Virus record (IMG/VR): IMGVR_UViG_3300017747_004151 | Location: 1 to 42,717 of that record | Source: a virus | Lineage: Duplodnaviria > Caudoviricetes | Length of the DNA stretch: 42,717 nt | Direction: 5' to 3' (one strand) | Shown: positions 8,142 to 16,600 of the stretch, in pieces | Numbering within the stretch: the stretch's first letter is position 1 | Layout of the letters: each line of letters starts with the position of its first letter | The notes under the pieces: generated by a model | What the model was told of the DNA's origin: nothing | Databases searched by the model: none | Seen by the model: the letters and a program-made list of their open reading frames with translations, nothing else | Program-made: the position numbers and the translations under genes

Positions 8142-8328
8142 TTGGCTCTCCCGCCGTCAGGGCTCGATCGTCGATTTCCGCCTCCCGGGCGATGGCCCGG
8201 ATATCCCCTCCCCCGTCTTGGCTGCCCGGATCCGCGAGTACTACGCCCAGCTCCGGGCCCTCCCGCCTCCGCCTGGCGCCCCTTCCGGCCGTCAGGACTC
8301 TTTGTTCGGAAGTGTGACGGACCGCTGA
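8122..8328 (+). CDS. Hypothetical 68-aa protein
   Basis: Internal ATG 8122 of the 7750 frame; high GC3; ends ...RQDSLFGSVTDR. Confidence 0.45.
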   Translation: MPPTSVDWLSRRQGSIVDFRLPGDGPDIPSPVLAARIREYYAQLRALPPPPGAPSGRQDSLFGSVTDR

Positions 8329-8332
8329 TTTA

Positions 8333-8414
8333 GGACTTGCGGAATCTTGCGCGTTACGCAAGACTGGCACCCGTCGAATCGCTCTCCGCTCCTCAAAGGA
8401 AACCGCCAAATGAA
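8333..8414 (+). repeat. Promoter-operator-RBS cassette, copy 1
   Basis: TTGCGG-N17-AAGACT containing TCTTGCG-CGTTA-CGCAAGA. 8345-8414 is identical to 10960-11029. Confidence 0.9.
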
Positions 8415-8622
8415 CACCGCCACTTCTTCCGCTCTTGTCACTCTGGTCTTCGACAAAGAGTTCCTGTCCGGCCTGCTGAAGGGGATCATTCTCCGCGACG
8501 AGAAGATCCGGAACTTCGACCGCCGCCACGCCGAGGAAATGCTCGAGCAGGGCGAAAGCTCCTTCCTCGAGTACGGCACGAAGGACGAAGTCCGCACCTT
8601 CAACTATCGGATTGAGGAGTAA
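8410..8622 (+). CDS. Hypothetical early protein
   Basis: ATG supplied by the repeated AAAGGA RBS cassette. Confidence 0.7.
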   Translation: MNTATSSALVTLVFDKEFLSGLLKGIILRDEKIRNFDRRHAEEMLEQGESSFLEYGTKDEVRTFNYRIEE

Positions 8623-8625
8623 CCC

Positions 8626-8769
8626 ATGCAGACGCTCACTGCCACGCACGCGAACGGCCACGTACGCTTCATCACCGGGCAGCCGGCCATCATCAAGATC
8701 TACCGGGACCTCTGGTCGGTGATCTTCCCGGACGCCGTTCTGTCGGTCACGACCGCCTACGCTCTGTGA
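8626..8769 (+). CDS. Hypothetical 47-aa protein
   Basis: Below the ORF-track cutoff. GAGGAG RBS, MQTLTATHANGHVRF...; stop overlaps the next GTG. Confidence 0.6.
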   Translation: MQTLTATHANGHVRFITGQPAIIKIYRDLWSVIFPDAVLSVTTAYAL

Positions 8770-9017
8770 AGGGTTTCGACTACCGGACCGGCCAGGGCCT
8801 CGACCTGCCGGTCCGGGACCTGGCCTCCCAGCTGCAGGCGGTCGTCGATGCTGGAGGGTATCGGCGCGTGGAGCATGGCGAAACGTTCGCCCACGATGTC
8901 CGGGGCTCGCTGCTCTGGGAGGCCTACGGAATCGTGCCGGCGCCTCGCGATCCGATCCGGGACGCCGTCAATCGGGCGACGCTCGACTGGGTCAAGCACA
9001 CCGGCGGCGATTCGTGA
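8766..9017 (+). CDS. Hypothetical protein
   Basis: GTGA overlaps at both ends. Confidence 0.55.
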   Translation: MKGFDYRTGQGLDLPVRDLASQLQAVVDAGGYRRVEHGETFAHDVRGSLLWEAYGIVPAPRDPIRDAVNRATLDWVKHTGGDS

Positions 9018-9865
9018 TCGCCCGGCCGGTCCTCCGCTACCACGGTGGCAAGTGGAAACTGGCTCCATGGGTCATCTCTCACTTCCCTCCGCACCTGACT
9101 TACGTCGAGGCTTTCGGTGGCGCCGCTTCGGTACTTTTGCAGAAGCCAAGGGTCGGGGGGGAGGTTTACAACGACCTCGACCTCGACGTTGTCAATGTCT
9201 TTCGTGTTCTCCGGGATCCGGATCTCGCAGCACAACTTCAGCACAGGTTGCTCTTGACTCCGTTCTCCCGGGAGGATCTGTCGGCGGCCTACCTGCCGGC
9301 GAGCGACCTGGTCGATGGCGCCGCCAAGATGATTGTGCGTTCTTTCTTCGGGTTCGGGTCCGCCTCGATGACGCGGATGCACGTCACCGGGTTCCGCTCG
9401 AGCAACAAGCGCAGCCGTGGATTTTCGACCACGCCGGCCGTCGAATGGTCCGACTGGCCGTACTCCATTCCGCTGTTCGTCGATCGGTTTCGGGGCGTGG
9501 TCGTCGAGAACCGGGACGCGGTGGAGGTCATGACGCAGCACGATGCTCCGTCGACCCTGCATTATTGCGATCCGCCCTACGTGCAGAGCTCGCGCTCCTC
9601 CCTGGTCGGGCGGACCGGCTCTCGCGGCCACTTCTATCGGTGCGACATGGACGACGCCGGGCACGAGCGCCTGGCCGCCTGCCTGGCCGGCTTGAAGGGC
9701 ATGGTGATCGTCTCCGGGTACCGGACGCCGCTGTACGAGCGGCTCTACGGGGGCTGGACAGCGGTCGAAACCCAGACCTTTGCCGACGGGGCGCGGCCGC
9801 GCACCGAGGTGCTCTGGCTCAATCCTGCGGCCCTTGCGGCCCAGCGGCAGGTCTCCCTGCTCTGA
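9014..9865 (+). CDS. dam: DNA adenine methyltransferase (Dam / D12 class)
   Basis: RYHGGK, YVEAFGGAASV, YNDLD, YCDPPY, SGY. Target site cannot be inferred. Confidence 0.9.
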   Translation: MIARPVLRYHGGKWKLAPWVISHFPPHLTYVEAFGGAASVLLQKPRVGGEVYNDLDLDVVNVFRVLRDPDLAAQLQHRLLLTPFSREDLSAAYLPASDLVDGAAKMIVRSFFGFGSASMTRMHVTGFRSSNKRSRGFSTTPAVEWSDWPYSIPLFVDRFRGVVVENRDAVEVMTQHDAPSTLHYCDPPYVQSSRSSLVGRTGSRGHFYRCDMDDAGHERLAACLAGLKGMVIVSGYRTPLYERLYGGWTAVETQTFADGARPRTEVLWLNPAALAAQRQVSLL

Positions 9866-9909
9866 CCGGGTTCCGTCCTGGGACTTCCTTTCTCCGCTCT
9901 GGGGATGCT

Positions 9910-9948
9910 AAAAAGGAAACGCCCCGCGGGTATCAGCCGAGGGGCGTT
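9910..9948 (-). terminator. Intrinsic terminator-like hairpin, U-tract on the minus strand
   Basis: AACGCCCC.CGG / CCG.GGGGCGTT stem preceded on + by AAAAAGGA. Confidence 0.55.
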
Positions 9949-9960
9949 AGAGAGGGAAAC

Positions 9961-10053
9961 GGCACCGCCAGGAATCGCTTCCCACCCGCAGGTCTTTCGA
10001 CCCGCACCCATGGTACCCCCGGGTACCTCTGCATACAAGATCTTGGCGGTGCC
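9961..10053. ncRNA. Candidate structured RNA or origin element
   Basis: Outer stem GGCACCGCCA/TGGCGGTGCC encloses GGTACC-N4-GGTACC and, on the minus strand, GCGGGTC-GAAA-GACCTGC. Confidence 0.4.
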
Positions 10054-10301
10054 TGCTCTCGCTCTCCCGCGTGCCGGGAAAGTATCGGGGCAGAAATGGG
10101 CCCGCCGCACAGAAAACCACTTAATCCGGGCTCCGCGTCCCACTGCGCCCCGGTCCCGTAAGGAACGCCCGCCCGGGGATGGCCGTGAAAACTCACGGAG
10201 GGGGCCCTAGTACCTGTAGCGCCGGCGCCACGCCCGCCCGCTCGGGGAAAGGGGTTGAGAAATGAGTTTTTTTTGCGAAACGTGCTGTATTTGGCATTTT
10301 A

Positions 10302-10350
10302 GGACTTGCCTCTTCTTGCGCGTTACGCAAGACTGGCACCCGTCGAATCG
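10302..10350 (+). repeat. Promoter-operator cassette, copy 2
   Basis: TTGCCT-N17-AAGACT; 10314-10350 (37 bp) is identical to copies 1 and 3. Confidence 0.9.
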
Positions 10351-10375
10351 TGAACCGCCAGCCAGGAGAACCGCC

Positions 10376-10612
10376 ATGATCATCGCCTCTTCCCTCTTCG
10401 GTGCCGACCCCACTTGCGCCATGGTCGTCACCGTCGACTGCCGCGGAACGCGGCATTTCGTCATCACCGTTTCGCACACCATCGACGGCCAGCTCGAGCA
10501 GCGCTTCGCTACGTCCGCCTCTGCCGCTTTCCGCGTCGCGGCGGAAATCGGCGAGGCCCTGTACGAGGACGTCATCGAAGAGGCCGGCTCTGACCTCGCT
10601 GAATTGATCTAA
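10376..10612 (+). CDS. Hypothetical early protein
   Basis: CAGGAG RBS; follows cassette 2. Confidence 0.7.
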   Translation: MIIASSLFGADPTCAMVVTVDCRGTRHFVITVSHTIDGQLEQRFATSASAAFRVAAEIGEALYEDVIEEAGSDLAELI

Positions 10613-10637
10613 CCCGCCCGCTGCAAGGAACCGCCAA

Positions 10638-10931
10638 ATGAACACCAATCTTTTCGCCTCGATCCCGGCCGCCCTCTCTGCCGACCTCGCTGCTCGTCTT
10701 GTCCGGGTCGACGACCGCCTCCGCTGCCACGATTTCCCTGGCCGCGAAGGTGTCGGTCCTTGCTTCGTGGAGGGGTACGTCGAAGGCTACGCCGGTGGCG
10801 AGATTCGCCTGCGCGTGACTCGCGATGTCTTCGATGGGCAGGAAGTTCCCCGGGCCAGCTGGCGCTCCCAGATACGGACGTTCGTCAATCTTGGTCACCG
10901 GGACTGGGTTGGCCGGATCGAGAAACTGTGA
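10638..10931 (+). CDS. Hypothetical early protein
   Basis: AAGGAACCGCCAAATGAACACC start context shared with the gene at 8410. Confidence 0.7.
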   Translation: MNTNLFASIPAALSADLAARLVRVDDRLRCHDFPGREGVGPCFVEGYVEGYAGGEIRLRVTRDVFDGQEVPRASWRSQIRTFVNLGHRDWVGRIEKL

Positions 10932-10947
10932 CCGATTGCTGAAAACG

Positions 10948-11029
10948 GGACTTGCCAAGTCTTGCGCGTTACGCAAGACTGGCACCCGTCGAATCGCTCT
11001 CCGCTCCTCAAAGGAAACCGCCAAATGAA
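10948..11029 (+). repeat. Promoter-operator-RBS cassette, copy 3
   Basis: TTGCCA-N17-AAGACT; 70 bp identical to copy 1. Confidence 0.9.
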
Positions 11030-11336
11030 GACCACCCCGATCAAGACCCCCCGCTCCACCCGGCTGGCCCGCAGCGCCCCGGTCGAGTCCTACTCTTTCA
11101 CCCGGATCATGGAGGACGGCACGCTGGCGCAGTCCTCCGGCTTCAGCACGTGGAATGCCGCCTCGCGGCATATCGACGAAACGTACCGGACCTACGGGCC
11201 GAAGATGCGTTCTCTCGCGATGGTCTCTTCGACCAAGTGGCCCGATGGGTATCTCGAGTTCCGCGTCACGAATTGGGTCGGGACTGAGTTGGCCGAGATC
11301 GCAGCGCAGGCTGCCCTCTGGCACACCGCTCGCTAG
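11025..11336 (+). CDS. Hypothetical early protein
   Basis: ATG supplied by cassette 3. Confidence 0.7.
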   Translation: MKTTPIKTPRSTRLARSAPVESYSFTRIMEDGTLAQSSGFSTWNAASRHIDETYRTYGPKMRSLAMVSSTKWPDGYLEFRVTNWVGTELAEIAAQAALWHTAR

Positions 11337-11345
11337 GAGGCTGCC

Positions 11346-11471
11346 ATGATCATCATCCTGCTGCTCTGCTGCATCGTCGGGATCGTCTTCTACCGGGTCG
11401 TGCTCGCGCCGGTACTCCGGTGGCGTCAGCACGCTGTCCGTCAGCGGGAGTTCTGGTACCCGCGTCGCTAG
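11346..11471 (+). CDS. 41-aa single-TM protein
   Basis: Below the ORF-track cutoff. AGGAGG RBS; MIIILLLCCIVGIVFYRVVLAPVLRWR... Confidence 0.65.
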   Translation: MIIILLLCCIVGIVFYRVVLAPVLRWRQHAVRQREFWYPRR

Positions 11472-11477
11472 GTTCGA

Positions 11478-11523
11478 GGGGGGCCGCCAGTGCTTGGCGG
11501 TTCTGGGTCAGGCCCCCCGTTTC
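11478..11523. terminator. Hairpin at the early/late convergence point
   Basis: GGGGGGCC (11478) pairs with GGCCCCCC (11511); alternative inner stem GGCCGCCA/TGGCGGTT. Confidence 0.5.
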
Positions 11524-11524
11524 C

Positions 11525-12952
11525 CTACATCAGGCTGTTGAAGAACGAGACCAAATCCGCCGGCTGGTATTGCTCCACCTGAAGGTGCCCGCTCCCCGCG
11601 GTCTCGATCGACGTCGTCACGCCCGCCAGCTCCAGCTGTCCGTTCAGAACGTCGACGTGCTGCTCCCTCGGGACCAGCGTATCCGTGCCGCCGATGCCCG
11701 CGTAAAACCGGAACGCCACTCTCGAGTACGAGTCCATGCCGTTCGCGGACGGGTTGAATCCGGCCGAATTCGTCACGTACTGGGAGTGGTCGGCGGCGCT
11801 GTAGGCCGCCCGGATCGAGGCCTCGAAGCTCGGGTTGGCTTCCATCAGGTCTAGGTCGACCACCGGGCAAATGCCGGCCGCGCCGATCACCCCTCTCATT
11901 TTCCGCCGGGCGATGGCGTTGAACATCGACGCGGCGCCGCCGGAGCAGCCGAGCAGGAAGACCGGCCCGCAGTAAACCCGGGCCCGGATCCAGTCCACGA
12001 TGGCTTCGTAATTGGTCAGGGAGGCCGCGTTGCCCCAGCGGTCGCCGCCGTCATCTGCGCTCAGGAGGATGTACCCGGCAGCGTCCAGTGCGTCTGTCAC
12101 CGGGTAGAGGCGCGACTCCGTCATCGGGCTGTCGGCGTCTCCGGTGCTTGCCTGGTGCATGTAGACGACGATCGGGGTCGGGGTAAACGCGTAAAGGTCT
12201 GCCGGGAGGTGGATGCGCCACCGGTCGGTGATGTTTCGCCAGATCACGTTGCCGGTGTTGCCCTCGATCGTGCCGGCAGCGTTCGAGGTTGTCAGGAACG
12301 GCGTCAGCGACTTCCGCACCCCGATCGCCTTCACGTAGGACCCGGAGGTGCCGTTCGTGGCGCCGTTCCAGCAGATGATGCTGGTCACCGCTCCGCTGTT
12401 CGGTGCGATGCTCCTCGGGATCGATATCGAGTACTCCGCGCTGCCGTCCTGCGATCGCAGCACCAGGGATATGTTCTCGTTGTCGGCCACCACCGTTGCA
12501 CGGTAGGCCCCGGCCGCGAGGGTGTCCGCTGACAGGAAGACGTTCCCCGTCGGGCTGCCGATGAAGTTGGCGCCGAAGAACGTGGTCGGTCTCCGGCTGG
12601 CGCTGCCGATCCCGATGCCGCAGAAGTTCGGCAGCGAGGCATTCACCCCATCGTTCGTGCCGCCGAAGTTCAGGCCGATGTACTGGGTGCCGGCGTTCGT
12701 GCCGACGTTCTGGATCTCGCAGGTCAGCTTGACGGTCTCCGTGGCGGTGGCGGCGAAGGCCCTGCCTGCTGCTGCCGGGTTGCCGCCAGCGACGCCGTAG
12801 AGGCGGTTCGTTGCGACCTGGACGTTGGAGTTTGTCCAGCTCGTAAGGTTGGCCCAGTCGTGCGTCAGCTCGGTGGCCGTGAGGTGCTCGGTCACCAGCG
12901 GGTGCGCCGCGATGTTCTGGCCGCCGAACCGGCGCAGGAACCCGGGTTTCAT
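11525..12952 (-). CDS. Tail-associated protein with C-terminal alpha/beta-hydrolase (esterase) domain
   Basis: Start ATG 12952 (TGATG overlap). Nucleophile elbow LLGCSGG, Asp in DTLVP, His in SGHL; beta-rich N-terminal half. Confidence 0.75.
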   Translation of the reverse strand: MKPGFLRRFGGQNIAAHPLVTEHLTATELTHDWANLTSWTNSNVQVATNRLYGVAGGNPAAAGRAFAATATETVKLTCEIQNVGTNAGTQYIGLNFGGTNDGVNASLPNFCGIGIGSASRRPTTFFGANFIGSPTGNVFLSADTLAAGAYRATVVADNENISLVLRSQDGSAEYSISIPRSIAPNSGAVTSIICWNGATNGTSGSYVKAIGVRKSLTPFLTTSNAAGTIEGNTGNVIWRNITDRWRIHLPADLYAFTPTPIVVYMHQASTGDADSPMTESRLYPVTDALDAAGYILLSADDGGDRWGNAASLTNYEAIVDWIRARVYCGPVFLLGCSGGAASMFNAIARRKMRGVIGAAGICPVVDLDLMEANPSFEASIRAAYSAADHSQYVTNSAGFNPSANGMDSYSRVAFRFYAGIGGTDTLVPREQHVDVLNGQLELAGVTTSIETAGSGHLQVEQYQPADLVSFFNSLM

Positions 12953-13617
12953 CACGCCACCCCGTAGATGTCGCCGTTGCCCAGGATCAGCACCGGCACG
13001 CTGGTCACCGCGTTCGCCGTCGACGTGATCGTCGGCGCGGATCCCGACTCCCATGTCATCGTCGGCCATCCGGTGACGGTCCTGCCTCCGGTCGGGTCCT
13101 GTTTGAAGAGGACCAGCACGGACAACGCCTCGCCGCTCGGGGCCGTCGGCAGAATGATCGAGGTCACGTTGCCGTTCAGGTCGACCAGCCAGACGTCGAT
13201 GTCGGGATCGTTCAGGGTCAGCACGCCGGTGGCCGGGCTCGCCGTGTTGTAGGTGTCTGCGGCCGCAGCTCCACCACCGCCTCCGGCTGCCGCGAAAAGC
13301 TCCCAGCCAGCCGGACTGCCGCCGACGAACTCATACCTGGCGGCCTCATCGATCACGTAGGCCATCCACCCCAGCTGCGGCGATATGAAGTTCCAGCCTC
13401 CGCTGTAGTAGGCGATGTCCGCCGCACTCCCGCCGCCGGTCGTCGCCGTCAGGATGTACGCGTCGCCCTCGCTCGGGCTGCCTGGCAGCGCGGCCACCTG
13501 GGAGAGCACGTTGCATTGCACGAGGACGTCCAGCAGGCGGAGGCTGGCGTTGATCGGGACCTCGGGTTGGCTTTGGCTGGCCGCGACCTCATCCATGCCG
13601 AGTTTCGGGGTTGTCAT
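12952..13617 (-). CDS. DUF2793-domain tail fibre / adaptor protein
   Basis: MTTPKLGM...SQSQPEVPINASLRLLD...GD.YI...W.F..P..GW.AYV.DE. Confidence 0.8.
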   Translation of the reverse strand: MTTPKLGMDEVAASQSQPEVPINASLRLLDVLVQCNVLSQVAALPGSPSEGDAYILTATTGGGSAADIAYYSGGWNFISPQLGWMAYVIDEAARYEFVGGSPAGWELFAAAGGGGGAAAADTYNTASPATGVLTLNDPDIDVWLVDLNGNVTSIILPTAPSGEALSVLVLFKQDPTGGRTVTGWPTMTWESGSAPTITSTANAVTSVPVLILGNGDIYGVA

Positions 13618-16600
13618 GTTGTGATCTCCGCGGGGGTTCCCCGGCCCACGACGGCCGAGAGTTGGTAGACGGTTGCCTGCACGCTGGTCGGGCCGGGGCT
13701 GCCGAAGTCAGTGGTTTGCTGGGCCGAGGTGTAGGTCACGGTCTGCGTCGTCGACGTCAGGGTCCGCACCACCTGGGTCGGGCTGCCCTCGGCATAGATG
13801 TCGATCGAGTAGGATTCCGTCTCCTCGCTCAGGGGGATGTCGGCGCCGCTGACCAGCGTCCGGCCGATGCGGCCTCTCCGCACCCAAGTGAAGACGATAT
13901 CGCCGTCGACGGTTTCCGCCTCGAGGAGCACGGGGGAGAACGGCAGCAGGGCCACGCCTCTCCCGGTAAAGGTCTGGTCTGTTCCGCTGGCGAAGCTCTT
14001 GCCGGCAGACACCGCCCGGTACGTCCGCACCTGGCCGATCTCCGTGGTATCGAGCGGCAGATGAAAAACCCCGGATCCCGACAGAAGCACAAACCGCTCC
14101 GCCGCCTGCGCGGTGCCGACGAGGTGCTCTGTCCCGCGGCGGCCCCGCAGGAGGTTGGAGAGCTCCCAGGTCGTCGACGTAAGCTGGGTTGCGGTCCGGA
14201 ATTGCACCAGCTCCCAGCGGCCGTCCACGCCGATCGCGGCCAGGTTCTCTCCGGACAGGATCTGGTCCTCGGTCTTAGAGGACAGCGTGCCGCTCTGCAG
14301 CGTGACCTGGATCGTGTTGGCGGTGTCCCACGTCGTCGTGATGCCTACGCCCGGGGGCCCGCTCAGGGTGCCCATGGTGGCCTGCGCGGTCGCGCTGGCG
14401 ATGTTCGACCATCCGCCGGTGCCGTCGAGCGAACGCCAGATCAGGGCGCCGAGCCAGGCGTTGCCGGATCCGGTGGCTCTCACTGCCCCGTAGATGCCGG
14501 CATTGTTGTCGGTGTCGCGCGGCGCCGGGATGTCGAGCAGGACCAGCTCGGTGTCCTGATACACCTGCAGGATGTTCGGCGCGCGGTCCGGGGCTGCTGC
14601 GATGCGGGTTGAAACGTAGGCGCCGTCGTCGTCCTCTGTCAGTTTCAGCTTGCGCAGCAGCGCCGCCTGGTCGGTGATCTGGGAAATCCTGCAGCGCACC
14701 CAGCGGCCGCCGATCGGCACGGCGATGCAATCCGCCCCCTCGAGTTGGCTGTACGACCGGTCGATCGCGATTTCATGCGTCCAGCGTCCCGCCCAGGCGT
14801 CTGACCAGAGGATGTCGGCGGCCTGCACCGCCTTCGTGTCGCTCATCGCGATCGCCGCCTGCACGTCGACGATCTGATCGGCGTCCGTGCTGATCCGGGT
14901 CACCGAGAGTTGCTCGCCGGCTTCGTAGTCCCGGCTGGTCGCGATGTAGTGCAGCCGGATCTGCTTGGGCAGCTCGACGTCCTGCTGCATCGTCGACTCG
15001 ATGGCCGCCCGCGCCTGGCCGCCGCTCGAGGCCGCGCCCAGGTCGTCGGTCTGCAGGGTGGCCACGATCCCCCGGCCGCGGGTCGGGAACTTGATCAGCA
15101 CCCCGGATTCGACGACGTCGAAGAACCCGACCGGGATCAGGCTCTGGATCGCGTCGCGTGCCGTCATCACGCGCTGGATCGACCAACCAGTGATGTAGTT
15201 CTCGCGCAGGTCCTCGACGTCAATGTCCGTCAGGGCCAGGCCGGCACGCAGGGCGATGCGCTCGAGGCAGTCGGCGATGCTGACTTCGTTCGGGGTGATC
15301 GAGGTTCCGCTGGTCGCCTGCCAGGCGAAGTTCTGCACCACCGGGTAGTCCGCGCTGTACGTCAGCCCGGAGGGCATGGTGCCGTCGGCCACCGCTTGAG
15401 CGTAGTGGGCTTCCCATGTCGCCTGGTCGTTGTACAGGGCGTCGTCGTCTCGCAGCGCCGGGCCCACCGGCTGCGAAAACGGCACGCCATTGCCGCCGTA
15501 CTCGCTGTAGCTCTGCAGCACCTTGAAGGTCCCGACCGCCAGCGTCCAGCCGGTGGCGGCCGGCGGTTGCGGAACCCGGCGGGTGTAGATGGCAATATCG
15601 CCGGCGAACGACACCACCGCCGGGCCGTAGCGGTTGCCTGAAATGACGACGTAGGAGGGATCGGTGGTGCACCCTGGGTTCGCGATGCTCGGGGAATTAT
15701 TCGTCACGAACATCCCGACGTGCGCGTACTGGCCGTGCTGCCACGGGTTGCTCCCGCCCGGGTCCCAGTGCGTCCAGAATGCGGCGTCAGGCGCACTCAC
15801 CGCGCCAGGGTTGTACCACTCCACCGGCGTGCCGTTGATCGCCTGGTCAGCGCCGTAGGCCAGCGAGCAGATCTGGGTGTTGCTCCCCGTCAGGAATCCG
15901 GTTGGCGCCTGGCCGGTCGGGTAGAAGATGCCGACCGCGCCCACGTTGAAGTTGATGGTGGCCGTCTCGTAAGGCCCGAACTCTGCAATCAGCGCTGGCG
16001 TCACCGTCTCCGTGTAGCGCTGGTACCCGACCGCGCCGGCGGCGGTGTAGATGTAGTTCAGTGTCGCGGAGGCCTCTCTCGAGGTCAGCGCCGCGGTGAA
16101 ATCATCCGTCCACACCCCGTTCGTGTTCGTCATGTACTCATGCGTGTTGAGCGGGTTCCTCGGGTCGGTTGCCCCCTGCAGCCACGGATAGACCACGCTC
16201 TGGGCGAACGTGTCGACGACGTCGGCGGTGCCGCTCTCGTACACTTCAAACTTAAATTGCGGGTGGCGCTGGGCTTGGTTGTCCTGCAGCGCCCGGTTCG
16301 GGTACACGATGTACATCAGCTCCCGGAACGCCGGCACGTTGCCGATCCCTTCGGCGGCCTTGATCGTCGGGTCCGCCAGCTGGGTCTCGCTGCCCAGGTA
16401 GAGCACGAAGGTGTCGGCGTAGGTGGTCGACGCGGTCAGGCGGGTGCTGAAGTCCTCGTCGCTCTCGTAGCTCTGCTGCGGCCGGATGTCATACACCAGC
16501 TTGCCGTTTTCCCAAATCCGGAGCAGGCCGCCCATCTCGCGGCCCGGGGGCGCCCGGCACAGGCCGATGGCGATGGACTGGGTGTAGCTGAACGAGGTTA

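Noticed and set aside
9961-10053. tRNA or known ribozyme/riboswitch
   Set aside because: No T-loop/anticodon cloverleaf, hammerhead core or SAM-I motifs recognisable by eye; kept only as an unknown structure.
8345-10996. Three identical 37-bp partly palindromic repeats as a CRISPR array
   Set aside because: Copies are about 0.65 and 2 kb apart with whole genes between them, each sits in a promoter, and there are no cas genes.
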